Source of the DNA: Flavobacterium sp.
GTDB taxonomy: Bacteria; Bacteroidota; Bacteroidia; Flavobacteriales; Flavobacteriaceae
DNA length: 64,000 bases
NCBI RefSeq assembly: GCF_043780635.1
Contig: NZ_JAYWCK010000030.1
Location: forward strand, 349-64,348
Direction: 5' to 3'
Numbering within the stretch: the stretch's first letter is position 1; each line of letters begins with the position of its first letter. This document shows positions 28,660 through 37,896 of this stretch, in pieces. The notes beneath the pieces were generated by a model. It searched no databases. It saw only the letters and a list, made by a program, of their open reading frames with translations, and had not been told where the DNA came from. The translations under genes and the position numbers were made by a program.

Positions 28660-29223
28660 TTAAACGGGGAAATATTTTTTTTGTGTAATTGTATACAATT
28701 TAAACATCAAAGACCCTAATATTACTCCACACAAATACCCACAAATAATATCTAATGGATAATGCAATCCCAGATATATCCTGCTATAAGCAAAGATTAA
28801 TGGCCATAAAAACAGCAACCAAAAGTATTTGAAATCCTTCTTGAAAATAAGGTATAAAAAAGTGGCAACTGCCATTGTGTTTGCAGCGTGACCAGAGAAA
28901 AAACTAAACGATTTTCTTGATTGTACTATACGTATAAAGGAATTTATTGCCGGATTGTTGCATGGTCGGAGTCTTTGAAATCCATTTTTAAATAAATTGG
29001 TAATTTGGTCTGTAAAAAGCAACAAAATCGCCACAAATAACAGCAAATACAAGGTTTGTTTTGTTCCTAATTTCTTGAAAATAAAATATAATAATAAAAT
29101 AAAAAGCGGAATCCAACTGGTTTGTTTGGTAATAATTGACCAAAGCCCATCATAAGTTGTGGAGCCCAGACCATTTAAGTAAATAAATAATTTTTCGTCA
29201 AGCGACAGTATTTTCTCCAACAT
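28660..29223 (-). CDS. PAP2-family phosphatase
   Basis: Motifs KNGFQRLRP, SGH and SRIYLGLHYPLD, in a multi-pass membrane protein. Confidence 0.88.
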   Translation of the reverse strand: MLEKILSLDEKLFIYLNGLGSTTYDGLWSIITKQTSWIPLFILLLYFIFKKLGTKQTLYLLLFVAILLLFTDQITNLFKNGFQRLRPCNNPAINSFIRIVQSRKSFSFFSGHAANTMAVATFLYLIFKKDFKYFWLLFLWPLIFAYSRIYLGLHYPLDIICGYLCGVILGSLMFKLYTITQKKYFPV

Positions 29224-29690
29224 TATTTTTTGCGTTTTATTGGACCAACACTATCTTCTTTTTCTTCTGTTGGAGGAGTTGCATCAGCTAATAAATCGTC
29301 TTTAGGTTTTTCAACTTCTACTGTAACCGTAGTCGAAACTTCACTAATGGAGGTTGTTGTTTCACCAAGTAAATCGTTTTTTGTTTTATTTATCTCTGAA
29401 GTAAAAGTGGTAGAAATTCCAGTTAATACATTTGTATCTCCAAGTATATTAGTTTTGGCACTGTTGATTTCAGAAGTGATATTATTAGTCAAATCACTTA
29501 ACATTTTTTGGTCGAAACCATTAGCATCGGCTCCTTTTTGGATTTCGCTTTTTATGTCGTTTGTAGCGTTTTTTAATTGAGCCATTGCTTTGCCCATTGT
29601 ACGGGCAATTTCTGGAACTTTATCAGAACCAAAAAGCATTAGAACCACAAACATTATAAAAATTAATTCGCCTCCACCGATTCCAAACAT
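29223..29690 (-). CDS. tatA: twin-arginine translocase TatA/TatE family subunit with an extended repetitive tail
   Basis: N-terminus MFGIGGGELIFIMFVVLMLFGSDKVPE. The C-terminal tail of roughly 100 aa carries repeated TSEINxxKxxLLG(D/E)T units. Confidence 0.88.
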   Translation of the reverse strand: MFGIGGGELIFIMFVVLMLFGSDKVPEIARTMGKAMAQLKNATNDIKSEIQKGADANGFDQKMLSDLTNNITSEINSAKTNILGDTNVLTGISTTFTSEINKTKNDLLGETTTSISEVSTTVTVEVEKPKDDLLADATPPTEEKEDSVGPIKRKK

Positions 29691-29709
29691 AATCTATTTT
29701 TTTAAGTTG

Positions 29710-29717
29710 CAAAGTTA
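29710..29717 (-). promoter_or_regulatory. -7 box (TAACTTTG) upstream of tatA
   Basis: Minus-strand TAnnTTTG match 19 nt upstream of the ATG, embedded in four tandem octamers of the form (T)TTGTAAC. Confidence 0.35.
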
Positions 29718-29782
29718 CAAAGATGTACAGTTACAAAATATTATTATTAATATTTAATTAACTATAATCAAATCTTAACTTT

Positions 29783-30547
29783 TCAATTTTCAAATGTAGT
29801 AAATCTTTTGAATTCCTCGTTTTTTGTAATTAGAAATTCAATCAATTCAAATTCCAAATTGGGATTTAAAAGTTCTTTCGCTTTTGGATCATTTTCACAA
29901 TAAATCAGGAAAAGTCCAATTTCATCTTTTTTTAATTGTAATGTGTTGGTGAAGAAAAAGGGACTAATTCTCTTTGGTACAATTTCAGAAAAATCACCAT
30001 AGCCATCAGTTTTTGTCTTTTCAGGGTTTTCTTTGACGAATATTTTCCAAATCATTTTGCCCACTCGAATAACGTCCATTCCGTATACTATTTCGTGGTA
30101 AGGCATTAAAGGATTATTTAGCGAAGACTGTTTGTCCTCAAAATATTGCGTATCAATAATTGATTGAATATTACCTAAATTAGGTTTTATAACTATTTTT
30201 TTAACCACAACTTCCTCTAATTGATTTACAAATACGTTTAGCCTAATTATTATTAGTGAGGGCGTAAAATCTTTTTCAGAAAGAACAATTCTTTTAGACT
30301 TTAATCCTAAACTTGAAATAAGCAAAGTATCATTTGTTTTTGCCAAAATATCAAAAAAACCTTGTGGACTTATAAATGTTCTCGTTTTGGAATTTACATT
30401 AAACACATAACCACTTTCTACATTGACCGAATCGTTTAAAACCATACCGTGTAATGATTTTTTGGTCAATGCTTGTCCAAGACAAAATTGATAAAACAAA
30501 CAAAAGGCAAGAATTCCTATTTTAGTTTTCATCTGAAATAATTTCAA
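29783..30547 (-). CDS. hypothetical secreted protein with a carboxypeptidase-regulatory-like N-terminal domain
   Basis: Signal peptide followed by LHGMVLND...GYVFNV......GFFDILAKTNDTLLISSLG. It is a paralogue of the upstream gene. An alternative ATG lies at 30532. Confidence 0.6.
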   Translation of the reverse strand: MKLFQMKTKIGILAFCLFYQFCLGQALTKKSLHGMVLNDSVNVESGYVFNVNSKTRTFISPQGFFDILAKTNDTLLISSLGLKSKRIVLSEKDFTPSLIIIRLNVFVNQLEEVVVKKIVIKPNLGNIQSIIDTQYFEDKQSSLNNPLMPYHEIVYGMDVIRVGKMIWKIFVKENPEKTKTDGYGDFSEIVPKRISPFFFTNTLQLKKDEIGLFLIYCENDPKAKELLNPNLEFELIEFLITKNEEFKRFTTFEN

Positions 30548-31241
30548 TGTACTTTTCGGCCAAAGGAACTATCAAAAATTTAGTCATTGTTTTGTTTTTC
30601 GACTTTAAAGCCATAACAAAGTTAGTGTTTTCTATACAATAATACTGAAATCCTTTGATGTAATTGGCAGGAATTTTCAGTGTCTTTATGTAATAATCAT
30701 CGTCAAAAAGTGTTCCAATTTTCATCAATAAATACTCTTTTTTTTCTACTTCGAGTTCTTTTTTGAGCATCGCCGTTCTGCCAGACATCAAATTCAATAA
30801 TGCATCGACGGGTGTAGAATTTGCCGTGTATAATTTCCTCTCTGCTGGCGTGTAATGTTTTACACCTTTAGGAGAAATCCCTAATGAAACTGCATTAATT
30901 TCAGGATGCTTATTGACAATTACTTCTTTTAATTCGGTAGTTTTTGAAGTCATTTTTATGATTAGAACTTCTGATTTTAAATCATTTTCTTCGATTATCC
31001 TGCGGAAATATTCTAAATTTACTGATGAGAAAACTAGTAAATCGTCGGCTTTAGCCAAAATATAAAAGTCTCCATTACTATCACTTGCTGTACTTTTTTC
31101 GTTAACCAGATTAATAACGGTTACACCCTCAATACTTCCGGATTTAACTCTTATTTTTCCGTGAATCAATTTTTGGCTTCCATTTTGCCCAATAGTAATT
31201 TGAGAAAAGAGATAAAATAAAATAAGTAGAAATTCCCTCAT
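30522..31241 (-). CDS. hypothetical secreted protein with a carboxypeptidase-regulatory-like N-terminal domain
   Basis: Signal peptide followed by IHGKIRVKSG.IEGVTVINL....STASDSNGDFYILAKADDLLVFSS. Confidence 0.6.
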   Translation of the reverse strand: MREFLLILFYLFSQITIGQNGSQKLIHGKIRVKSGSIEGVTVINLVNEKSTASDSNGDFYILAKADDLLVFSSVNLEYFRRIIEENDLKSEVLIIKMTSKTTELKEVIVNKHPEINAVSLGISPKGVKHYTPAERKLYTANSTPVDALLNLMSGRTAMLKKELEVEKKEYLLMKIGTLFDDDYYIKTLKIPANYIKGFQYYCIENTNFVMALKSKNKTMTKFLIVPLAEKYIEIISDEN

Positions 31242-31399
31242 AAACTGGCATAAGATTTATTGACACAATGTAAAAGTATCTTAATCCTTCACAATTATTG
31301 AACAATGAATTGGTAAAAATATGTTAATTAAAAATTAGTTAATTCAACATTAAAAGTCTGATTTCATACCTTTAACCCAAACTTATTTTACTGTATAAA

Positions 31400-32107
31400 A
31401 TGAAAAATATAATTATCGCCAGCACTTCCACCGTTCACGGAGGAGATTATTTAGAATATATACTGCCTGAGTTAAATGTTCATTTCGAGCATTGCAAAAC
31501 GATATTATTTATTCCTTTTGCACGACCAGGTGGAATTTCAAACGATGAATATACCGCAAAAGTCGCTTTGGCTTTCGCTAAAATAAATAAAGAAGTAAAA
31601 GGAATTCATGAATTTGAGGATTTTTCCAAGGCTATCAAAAGTGCCGAAGGAATTTTTACAGGTGGTGGAAACACTTTTTTATTGGTTACCCAATTGTACC
31701 AAAACAACATTATGAATGTTCTTGCCGAAGCGATCAAAGATGGAATTCCCTATTTAGGAACAAGTGCCGGCAGTAATATTTGCGGACTGACAATACAAAC
31801 GACCAATGACATGCCTATTGTTTATCCTCCAAGTTTCGAAACATTAGGATTAATTCCATTTAATCTTAATCCGCATTATCTTGATTCCGATACACAATCA
31901 AAACATATGGGAGAAACGCGTGAAACCAGAATTAACGAGTTTCATTCGTTCAATAGCATTCCGGTTTTAGGTTTACGAGAAGGAAGTTGGTTAGATGTAA
32001 AAGGTGATACAATAATATTGAAAGGTAATTTGACAGCTCGCCTTTTTAGACAAAACCAAACCCCTGCAGAAATTGAAAGCGAAACAGATCTAAGTTTTTT
32101 AAAATAA
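31400..32107 (+). CDS. pepE: dipeptidase E (peptidase S51)
   Basis: 235 aa with GGGNTFLL and the nucleophile context GTSAGS. Confidence 0.88.
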   Translation: MKNIIIASTSTVHGGDYLEYILPELNVHFEHCKTILFIPFARPGGISNDEYTAKVALAFAKINKEVKGIHEFEDFSKAIKSAEGIFTGGGNTFLLVTQLYQNNIMNVLAEAIKDGIPYLGTSAGSNICGLTIQTTNDMPIVYPPSFETLGLIPFNLNPHYLDSDTQSKHMGETRETRINEFHSFNSIPVLGLREGSWLDVKGDTIILKGNLTARLFRQNQTPAEIESETDLSFLK

Positions 32108-32154
32108 AAAAAACCAAGCTTTCGTTTGAGGTTTTTAGAGCGAAAAACGAGGCT
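32108..32154 (-). repeat. duplicated copy of the tRNA-Gly 3' end plus its terminator region
   Basis: 32119-32154 matches 32216-32251 at 35 of 36 positions, offset by 97 bp. It includes the last 16 nt of tRNA-Gly with one A/G difference. Confidence 0.7.
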
Positions 32155-32202
32155 TCCCGATTTGCTTCGCTCGGAATAAACTTCTCGCCACAACCAATAA
32201 AT

Positions 32203-32228
32203 AAAAAACCCCAAACTTTCGTTTGAGG
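32203..32228 (-). terminator. terminator downstream of tRNA-Gly
   Basis: Minus-strand stem CCTCAAAC-GAAA-GTTTGGGG (one G-U pair) followed by TTTTTT. The same position is a C-A mismatch on the plus strand. Confidence 0.6.
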
Positions 32229-32235
32229 TTTTTAG

Positions 32236-32308
<73 letters not shown>

Positions 32309-32441
32309 ATTACAACGGTGCAAATATAATTAATAACTTAGCTTCTTTGCAAGTTTTTTTTAAAATTTTTATTTAAAGCTCCTATTTTTTTATAACAGTT
32401 TTAAAACTAAATTGTTATAAATTCATTATTTTTATATCACA

Positions 32442-32892
32442 ATGGGAATCATAAAAAAAATATCGTTCGCAGAGACCTTTTCGATTAAACATCCTGTTCT
32501 TCGAAAAGGAAAACCGATGGAAAGTTGTCATTTTGAAGGAGACAATTTAGAAACAACGCAGCATTTTGGACTTTATTTGGAACAAGAATTAGTGGGTGTC
32601 TTTTCATTGTTCAAAAAAGCAACCCGATTTTCAAGAGAAAAATCAATACCAAATCAGAGAAATGGCTGTTTTAGAAAATCAAAGAAAAAAAGATTTTGGC
32701 AAAGCACGTAAACTCTATAGCGAAGAACAATGCAAAAATCAAAATGTGGATTTAATTTGGTTCAATGCAAGAATCAAGAATAGAGACAAGCGTTTTCTAT
32801 AAAAAATGGGATATCAAAAAACAGGAACTCCTTTAGAAATACCTGATGTAGGAGTGCATATTATGATGTTTAAAAAAAATAAAAATGAATAA
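32442..32892 (+). pseudogene. GNAT-family N-acetyltransferase, disrupted by a frameshift and an in-frame stop
   Basis: The reading frame switches at the A6 run 32613-32618, from ..LVGVFSLFKK to PDFQEKNQYQIREMAVLENQRKKDFGKA. An in-frame TAA at 32800-32802 lies inside the ..F(L)*KMGYQKTG motif. The frame then continues to the TAA at 32890-32892. Confidence 0.75.
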
Positions 32893-34470
32893 ATTTTTTA
32901 TTTTACTATTGATTTTCAACATTTTTAGTTGTGAAAAAGAAGTGACGAAAAAAGAAGTCCCTTCTACTCCGACAACTTCAATTCCTGTCCTGCAACACGA
33001 AGGAAGAATAGTCTCAATTGACAGTGTTTTACTAAATTCTTTTGACAGTAAAATACTTAAATATTTTTATAAATCTTCCGGTTACAAAACGGTTTGGCAA
33101 TCAAAAAAAATAGAGAAATCATATTGGAACAACTCTACAATTCCACTGAAGAAGGACTAAATCCAGCTGATTATAATATAAATAAATTGCGAAGAAATGA
33201 GAGGAAAATTGCTTCCCTAGATGATAATAAATTAGCAAATTATGACATTTTGCTTACTCACTGCTTCCAAAAATACATTACTCATTTGACAAACGGAAAG
33301 TTAAATCCAAGAAAATTATATAAAAATTGGGATTTAAAAGAGAATAAAATTGATATTAATGAAACCATAACAAAACTATTAATTAGTGACTCCTTGGTAG
33401 AAAAAATTGAACTATTAAAGCCTCAACATCTTAATTACAAAAGATTAAAAAAAGCACTCGCAGTTATCAATGCTCTTCCAAAAGACAATTTTAATAATAT
33501 AATAATAGATAACAAAATCGTCCTAAACGACACCAACTCGTCATTAATTGACATTAAAAAAAGATTACTTTATTGGAAAGATTTACAAACAAAAGATAGT
33601 CTATCCTTGGTTTATGACGGCGAAACTTTTGAAGCAATAAAAAAATTTCAAATTCGCCACGGATTGTCGGCAGATGGCGTTATAGGAAAAGGAACTGTTG
33701 AATCGCTCAATTTTTCGAAAAACCAGCGTAAAGAACAAATTATTGCCAATCTTGAACGATGGAAATGGTTTCCAAAAGAATTGGGAAAGGAATATATAAT
33801 TATCAATATTCCAGATTATAAATTTACTTTGGTCAAAGGCAAAGACACGATTAGGACCCATAAAGTAATCATAGGAAGACCAAAAAGAAAAACACCTGTG
33901 TTGTCTTCGAAGTTGACACAAGTTGTTTTTAATCCAACCTGGACGGTTCCTCCAACCATTTTGAGAGAAGATGTAATTCCTGAAATCTTAAAAAACCGAA
34001 ATTATTTAGCTAAAACTAACATCAAGCTATATGATGGATACGGAAATGAAGTTCCTGCAACTAACTGGAGGCTATCAAAGGCGAAAAGCTATCGTTATGT
34101 GCAAAGTCCAGGGACATTTAATTCACTGGGAATGGTCAAACTAATTTTTCCTAATCGGTTTTCGATTTATTTACACGATACAAATCATCGAGATTTTTTT
34201 GAAAAACCAGTACGCTCTCTAAGTTCTGGCTGCGTAAGAGTTGACAATCCGTTAGAACTGACTGAATATTTAATGGATGATGCAACCAATTGGAATTTAG
34301 AAAAAATCACCGAAACGCTCCAAAGCGAAAAAACAAAACAGATTAATTTAAAAAAAGAAGTCTTTATCCATATTTTATATTGGACAGCTTGGAGTAAAAA
34401 AAACATTTTGATTTTTAGAGACGACATCTATAATCTTGATGCCGATTTGTACAATCAATTAAGAAAATAA
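32885..34470 (+). pseudogene. YcbB/YkuD-type L,D-transpeptidase lipoprotein, interrupted by a -1 frame change at an A8 run
   Basis: N-terminal ORF with a lipobox (FSC) ends ..YKTVWQSKK. The -1 frame continues NREIILEQLYNSTEEGLNPADY. It carries a PG-binding domain (IRHGLSADGVIG) and a YkuD catalytic motif (HDT...SSGCVRV). The junction is A8 at 33103-33110. Confidence 0.8.
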
Positions 34471-35181
34471 AGTAGAAATTGTTTTAAAGCTTCTTGATGG
34501 ATGATAAATAAACAAGCAGGATTTATTCTTTATTGTGTTAACAATTTCCTTAAGTGATTCTTCCGGAATGGCAGGGCATCCTTGACTTCTTCCTAATCTT
34601 TTATTGCATTTTATGAACGAATTTGAAACATAATTTGCTGAATGCATTACCACGCCTCGTTCTCTGGCATTATCATTAATTCCTTTTTCCAGACCATCTA
34701 ATTTAAGTGACATTCCGTGTTTACCGCTATAGATTTCACCTGTAGCATAAAACCCAAGACTACTTTTGTACGAGCTGTTAGAATTCGAAAAACTGTTTGC
34801 GTATTCTTCGCCAGTATTTCTTCCATGTGCAACTAAAGAATTGTACAAAATAGTATTTGTATCCAAATCAATTACCCAAAGTCTTTTAATGTTGGAAGAC
34901 AAACTAAAATCGACCAAGGTCAAAATATCTTTTTGAATTAATCCTTTTTCTTTCAATAAATAAAACCCTTTTAGGGCTTCTTTAAAACTTTCGAGATTAG
35001 GTAAATCAAAATGATTAGAATTTAAGCTATTATAAACAGTTTCGATATTTGAATCGGAACTTGACTTTATAACACTTGCAATTTCTGGTTTTGAAGGATT
35101 TACTGGATCAGTAAAATTTGTTTTACTTGAATATAATGAGAATAATAAAAATAAAACAGCAGGAAATATCTTATAAATCAT
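34459..35181 (-). CDS. L,D-transpeptidase catalytic domain family protein (YkuD_2-like)
   Basis: Signal peptide, then VAHGRNTG...YKSSLGFY...HGMSLKLDGLE...VMHSANYV...GRSQGCPAIP. Confidence 0.8.
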   Translation of the reverse strand: MIYKIFPAVLFLLFSLYSSKTNFTDPVNPSKPEIASVIKSSSDSNIETVYNSLNSNHFDLPNLESFKEALKGFYLLKEKGLIQKDILTLVDFSLSSNIKRLWVIDLDTNTILYNSLVAHGRNTGEEYANSFSNSNSSYKSSLGFYATGEIYSGKHGMSLKLDGLEKGINDNARERGVVMHSANYVSNSFIKCNKRLGRSQGCPAIPEESLKEIVNTIKNKSCLFIYHPSRSFKTISTLFS

Positions 35182-35340
35182 TGATAATGTTTAGGTTAGA
35201 CATTAGACTTAGGACGGCAAATATACAACAGAAATGTACTTCTTAAAAAAAATTAAGAAAAAAATATGATTTAAGGCTATTTTAGACTCATTATAAGAAG
35301 TTAAAAATCACAATTTGTTTGCTTTTTGTGTTAATTATAT

Positions 35341-35348
35341 TATTTTTG
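35341..35348 (+). promoter_or_regulatory. -7 box (TATTTTTG)
   Basis: TAnnTTTG match 21 nt upstream of the ATG at 35369. Confidence 0.35.
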
Positions 35349-35368
35349 CTTAAACATAATCATAATAT

Positions 35369-37768
35369 ATGCCGAAGTTTTATTCTTCAATTCTACTTTT
35401 TTTGGTTTTTATAAATTTTAGCCTGTACAGCCAAAAAAAGACACTTCAGGCAAAATCTACTATAGAAAGCATTATTATTGACGGAAAAATTAATGAGGAA
35501 GCTTGGAAATCCGCTCCAATTGCGACTGATTTTATTATGTATCAGCCAGATAATGGAAAACCTATTAGTGAAAATAAAAAAACGGAGGTAAAAGTCCTTT
35601 ATGATAATAATGCAGTCTACATTTCTGCCATTTTATATGATGATGAACCCAATAAAATTTCTAGAGAGTTAACGAATCGTGATGTTTTTGGGGTTTCTGA
35701 CCATTTTTCAATTTCCATCAATGGGTACAATGACGGGCAACAAGATTTTAGATTTTATGTCAGTACCGCAGGAGTTCAAATGGATTGTTTAGCAACTGAA
35801 GACCTTGAAGATTATAATTGGGACGCAATTTGGGATAGTGAAGTGAAAATAACGAATTTTGGATGGGTCGTCGAAATGAAAATTCCTTATGCAGCGCTTC
35901 GGTTTTCTAAAGCTTCTAAACAAACTTGGGGTTTAAATTTTAAGCGAGTTATAAAACGTGATGCCCAAGATCAAAGTTATACTTGGAATTTTGTTGATAC
36001 TAAAATAGCGTCAATCATTAACCAAGCAGGAATTCTGGAAGGAATCGAGAACATAAAAACACCTACTCGTCTTTTTTTAATTCCATATACTTCTGCATAT
36101 TATCAACAAGACGATTATACTTCTGATAAAACATTAAAGGCTGGTATGGATATTAAATACGGAATAAATGATGCGTTTACACTTGATGCAATATTAGTTC
36201 CGGATTTTGGTCAAACAAAATTTGACAACGCCATTCTTAACCTTGAACCTTTCGAACAACAATTTGACGAAAATAGAGCTTTTTTCACCGAAGCAACTGA
36301 TCTGTTTTCAAAAGGAAACTTATTTTATTCCAGAAGAATTGGCGGTGCACCAACGACTGAACCTACAACTGGAGTTAATGAAGAAGTTATAGAATATCCA
36401 AGTTCTACTGATTTGTTAAATGCAGTAAAAGTATCCGGTCGGACAGAAAAAGGGCTTGGGATTGGTTTTTTGAATGCCATCACCGAAAAAACATATACTA
36501 CAATTCGAGATACTATTTCGGGAGTAACCCGAAAAGAAGTTGTTGAGCCTTTGGTTAATTACAATGTTTTGGTTTTCGACCAGCGTTTTAATCAAAATTC
36601 GTCGGTTTCGTTTGTGAATACAAATACGGTTCGAAATGGAGGTTTTCGTGACGCCAATGTTTCGGCTTTATTATTCGATTTGAATACAAAATCAAACACT
36701 TATAAACTATCTGGCGATTTTAAATACAGTTCCATCAACGAATTAGAAGATTACGATGGTTTCAAAACACAATTAAACTTTGCCAAAACTAGTGGAAAAT
36801 ACAGGTATTTGTTTAAAGGGGGGTATATATCAGAAAACTACGATATAAATGATTTAGGAATCATTTTTGTAAATAATTATCATGCTGGCTATGCGGAGAT
36901 GAGCTATAGAATAATAAATCCTACAAAGGTTTTTAACTCTTTCAAAGCATCACAAAACATAAATATTGAAATACAAAATACCACTGAAAAAACTCAAGAA
37001 GGTTGGTATCAAGCCATAATAACTGCTACAACATTAAAAAATCATTATCTTGAAGGTTTATTTCAGGTCAATCCCATCGATCGGTACAATTTTTATGAGC
37101 CACGGGTTTATGGCAGATATGTTTATATTCCTAAAAGCATAATAGGTTATGCTCAGTTTTATTCTAACGACAACAGGCCATTTCATTATGAAGTAGAGGT
37201 TACCACTGAAAAATTTGATGAAGAGAACAGAAATACTTATAAATTGTTTGGTGGAATTAAATACAGATTCAACGATAAATTCTCTTTGTCTTACAATTTC
37301 CAATATACCCGCAAGGTAAATGACAGAGGATGGGTTGGTTTTGACAATACTGATATTATTTTTGGCGAGCGCAATCGAGAAATAGTTGATCACTATTTTA
37401 CTGGTAAATATTCAATAACTAATAAGATGACTTTTAATCTTATAGCACGTTATTACTGGTCATATGCTGATAATCACCAATTTTTTACCCTTCAAGACGA
37501 TGGTCATTTAATGCCTAATCCCAATTATTCTGAAAATAAAAACAGGAATTTCAACTCCTGGAATTTAGATTTCTCATATTCTTGGTGGTTTGCGCCTGGA
37601 AGCGAAATCTCAGTTTTATATCGAAATTATGCTCAAGAAAGTACAAACCTTGTTGAAACAAACGTTGGATCAAACCTTACCAATCTTTTTAATACCAATC
37701 AGACTAATATTTTATCGGTTAGTATTCGCTATTACATTGATTACAATGTAGTGAAAAATAAGTTTTAA
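35369..37768 (+). CDS. CBM9-like / DUF5916-type outer-membrane-associated protein
   Basis: Signal peptide followed by DGKINEEAWKSAPIATDFIMYQPDNG...TEVKVLYDNNAVYISA. The long C-terminal region is rich in beta-strand-like repeats. Family name recalled from memory. Confidence 0.7.
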   Translation: MPKFYSSILLFLVFINFSLYSQKKTLQAKSTIESIIIDGKINEEAWKSAPIATDFIMYQPDNGKPISENKKTEVKVLYDNNAVYISAILYDDEPNKISRELTNRDVFGVSDHFSISINGYNDGQQDFRFYVSTAGVQMDCLATEDLEDYNWDAIWDSEVKITNFGWVVEMKIPYAALRFSKASKQTWGLNFKRVIKRDAQDQSYTWNFVDTKIASIINQAGILEGIENIKTPTRLFLIPYTSAYYQQDDYTSDKTLKAGMDIKYGINDAFTLDAILVPDFGQTKFDNAILNLEPFEQQFDENRAFFTEATDLFSKGNLFYSRRIGGAPTTEPTTGVNEEVIEYPSSTDLLNAVKVSGRTEKGLGIGFLNAITEKTYTTIRDTISGVTRKEVVEPLVNYNVLVFDQRFNQNSSVSFVNTNTVRNGGFRDANVSALLFDLNTKSNTYKLSGDFKYSSINELEDYDGFKTQLNFAKTSGKYRYLFKGGYISENYDINDLGIIFVNNYHAGYAEMSYRIINPTKVFNSFKASQNINIEIQNTTEKTQEGWYQAIITATTLKNHYLEGLFQVNPIDRYNFYEPRVYGRYVYIPKSIIGYAQFYSNDNRPFHYEVEVTTEKFDEENRNTYKLFGGIKYRFNDKFSLSYNFQYTRKVNDRGWVGFDNTDIIFGERNREIVDHYFTGKYSITNKMTFNLIARYYWSYADNHQFFTLQDDGHLMPNPNYSENKNRNFNSWNLDFSYSWWFAPGSEISVLYRNYAQESTNLVETNVGSNLTNLFNTNQTNILSVSIRYYIDYNVVKNKF

Positions 37769-37896
37769 TTTTTCCCTTCTAAACTGTAACATTACAACAA
37801 TTAGATAGTCTATTCATTCTACAAACATTTTTAAATTTTGTTTTTCTCCATAGAAAATAGATTTTTAAAGTTTTGAATAAACAAACCATCTTTTTC

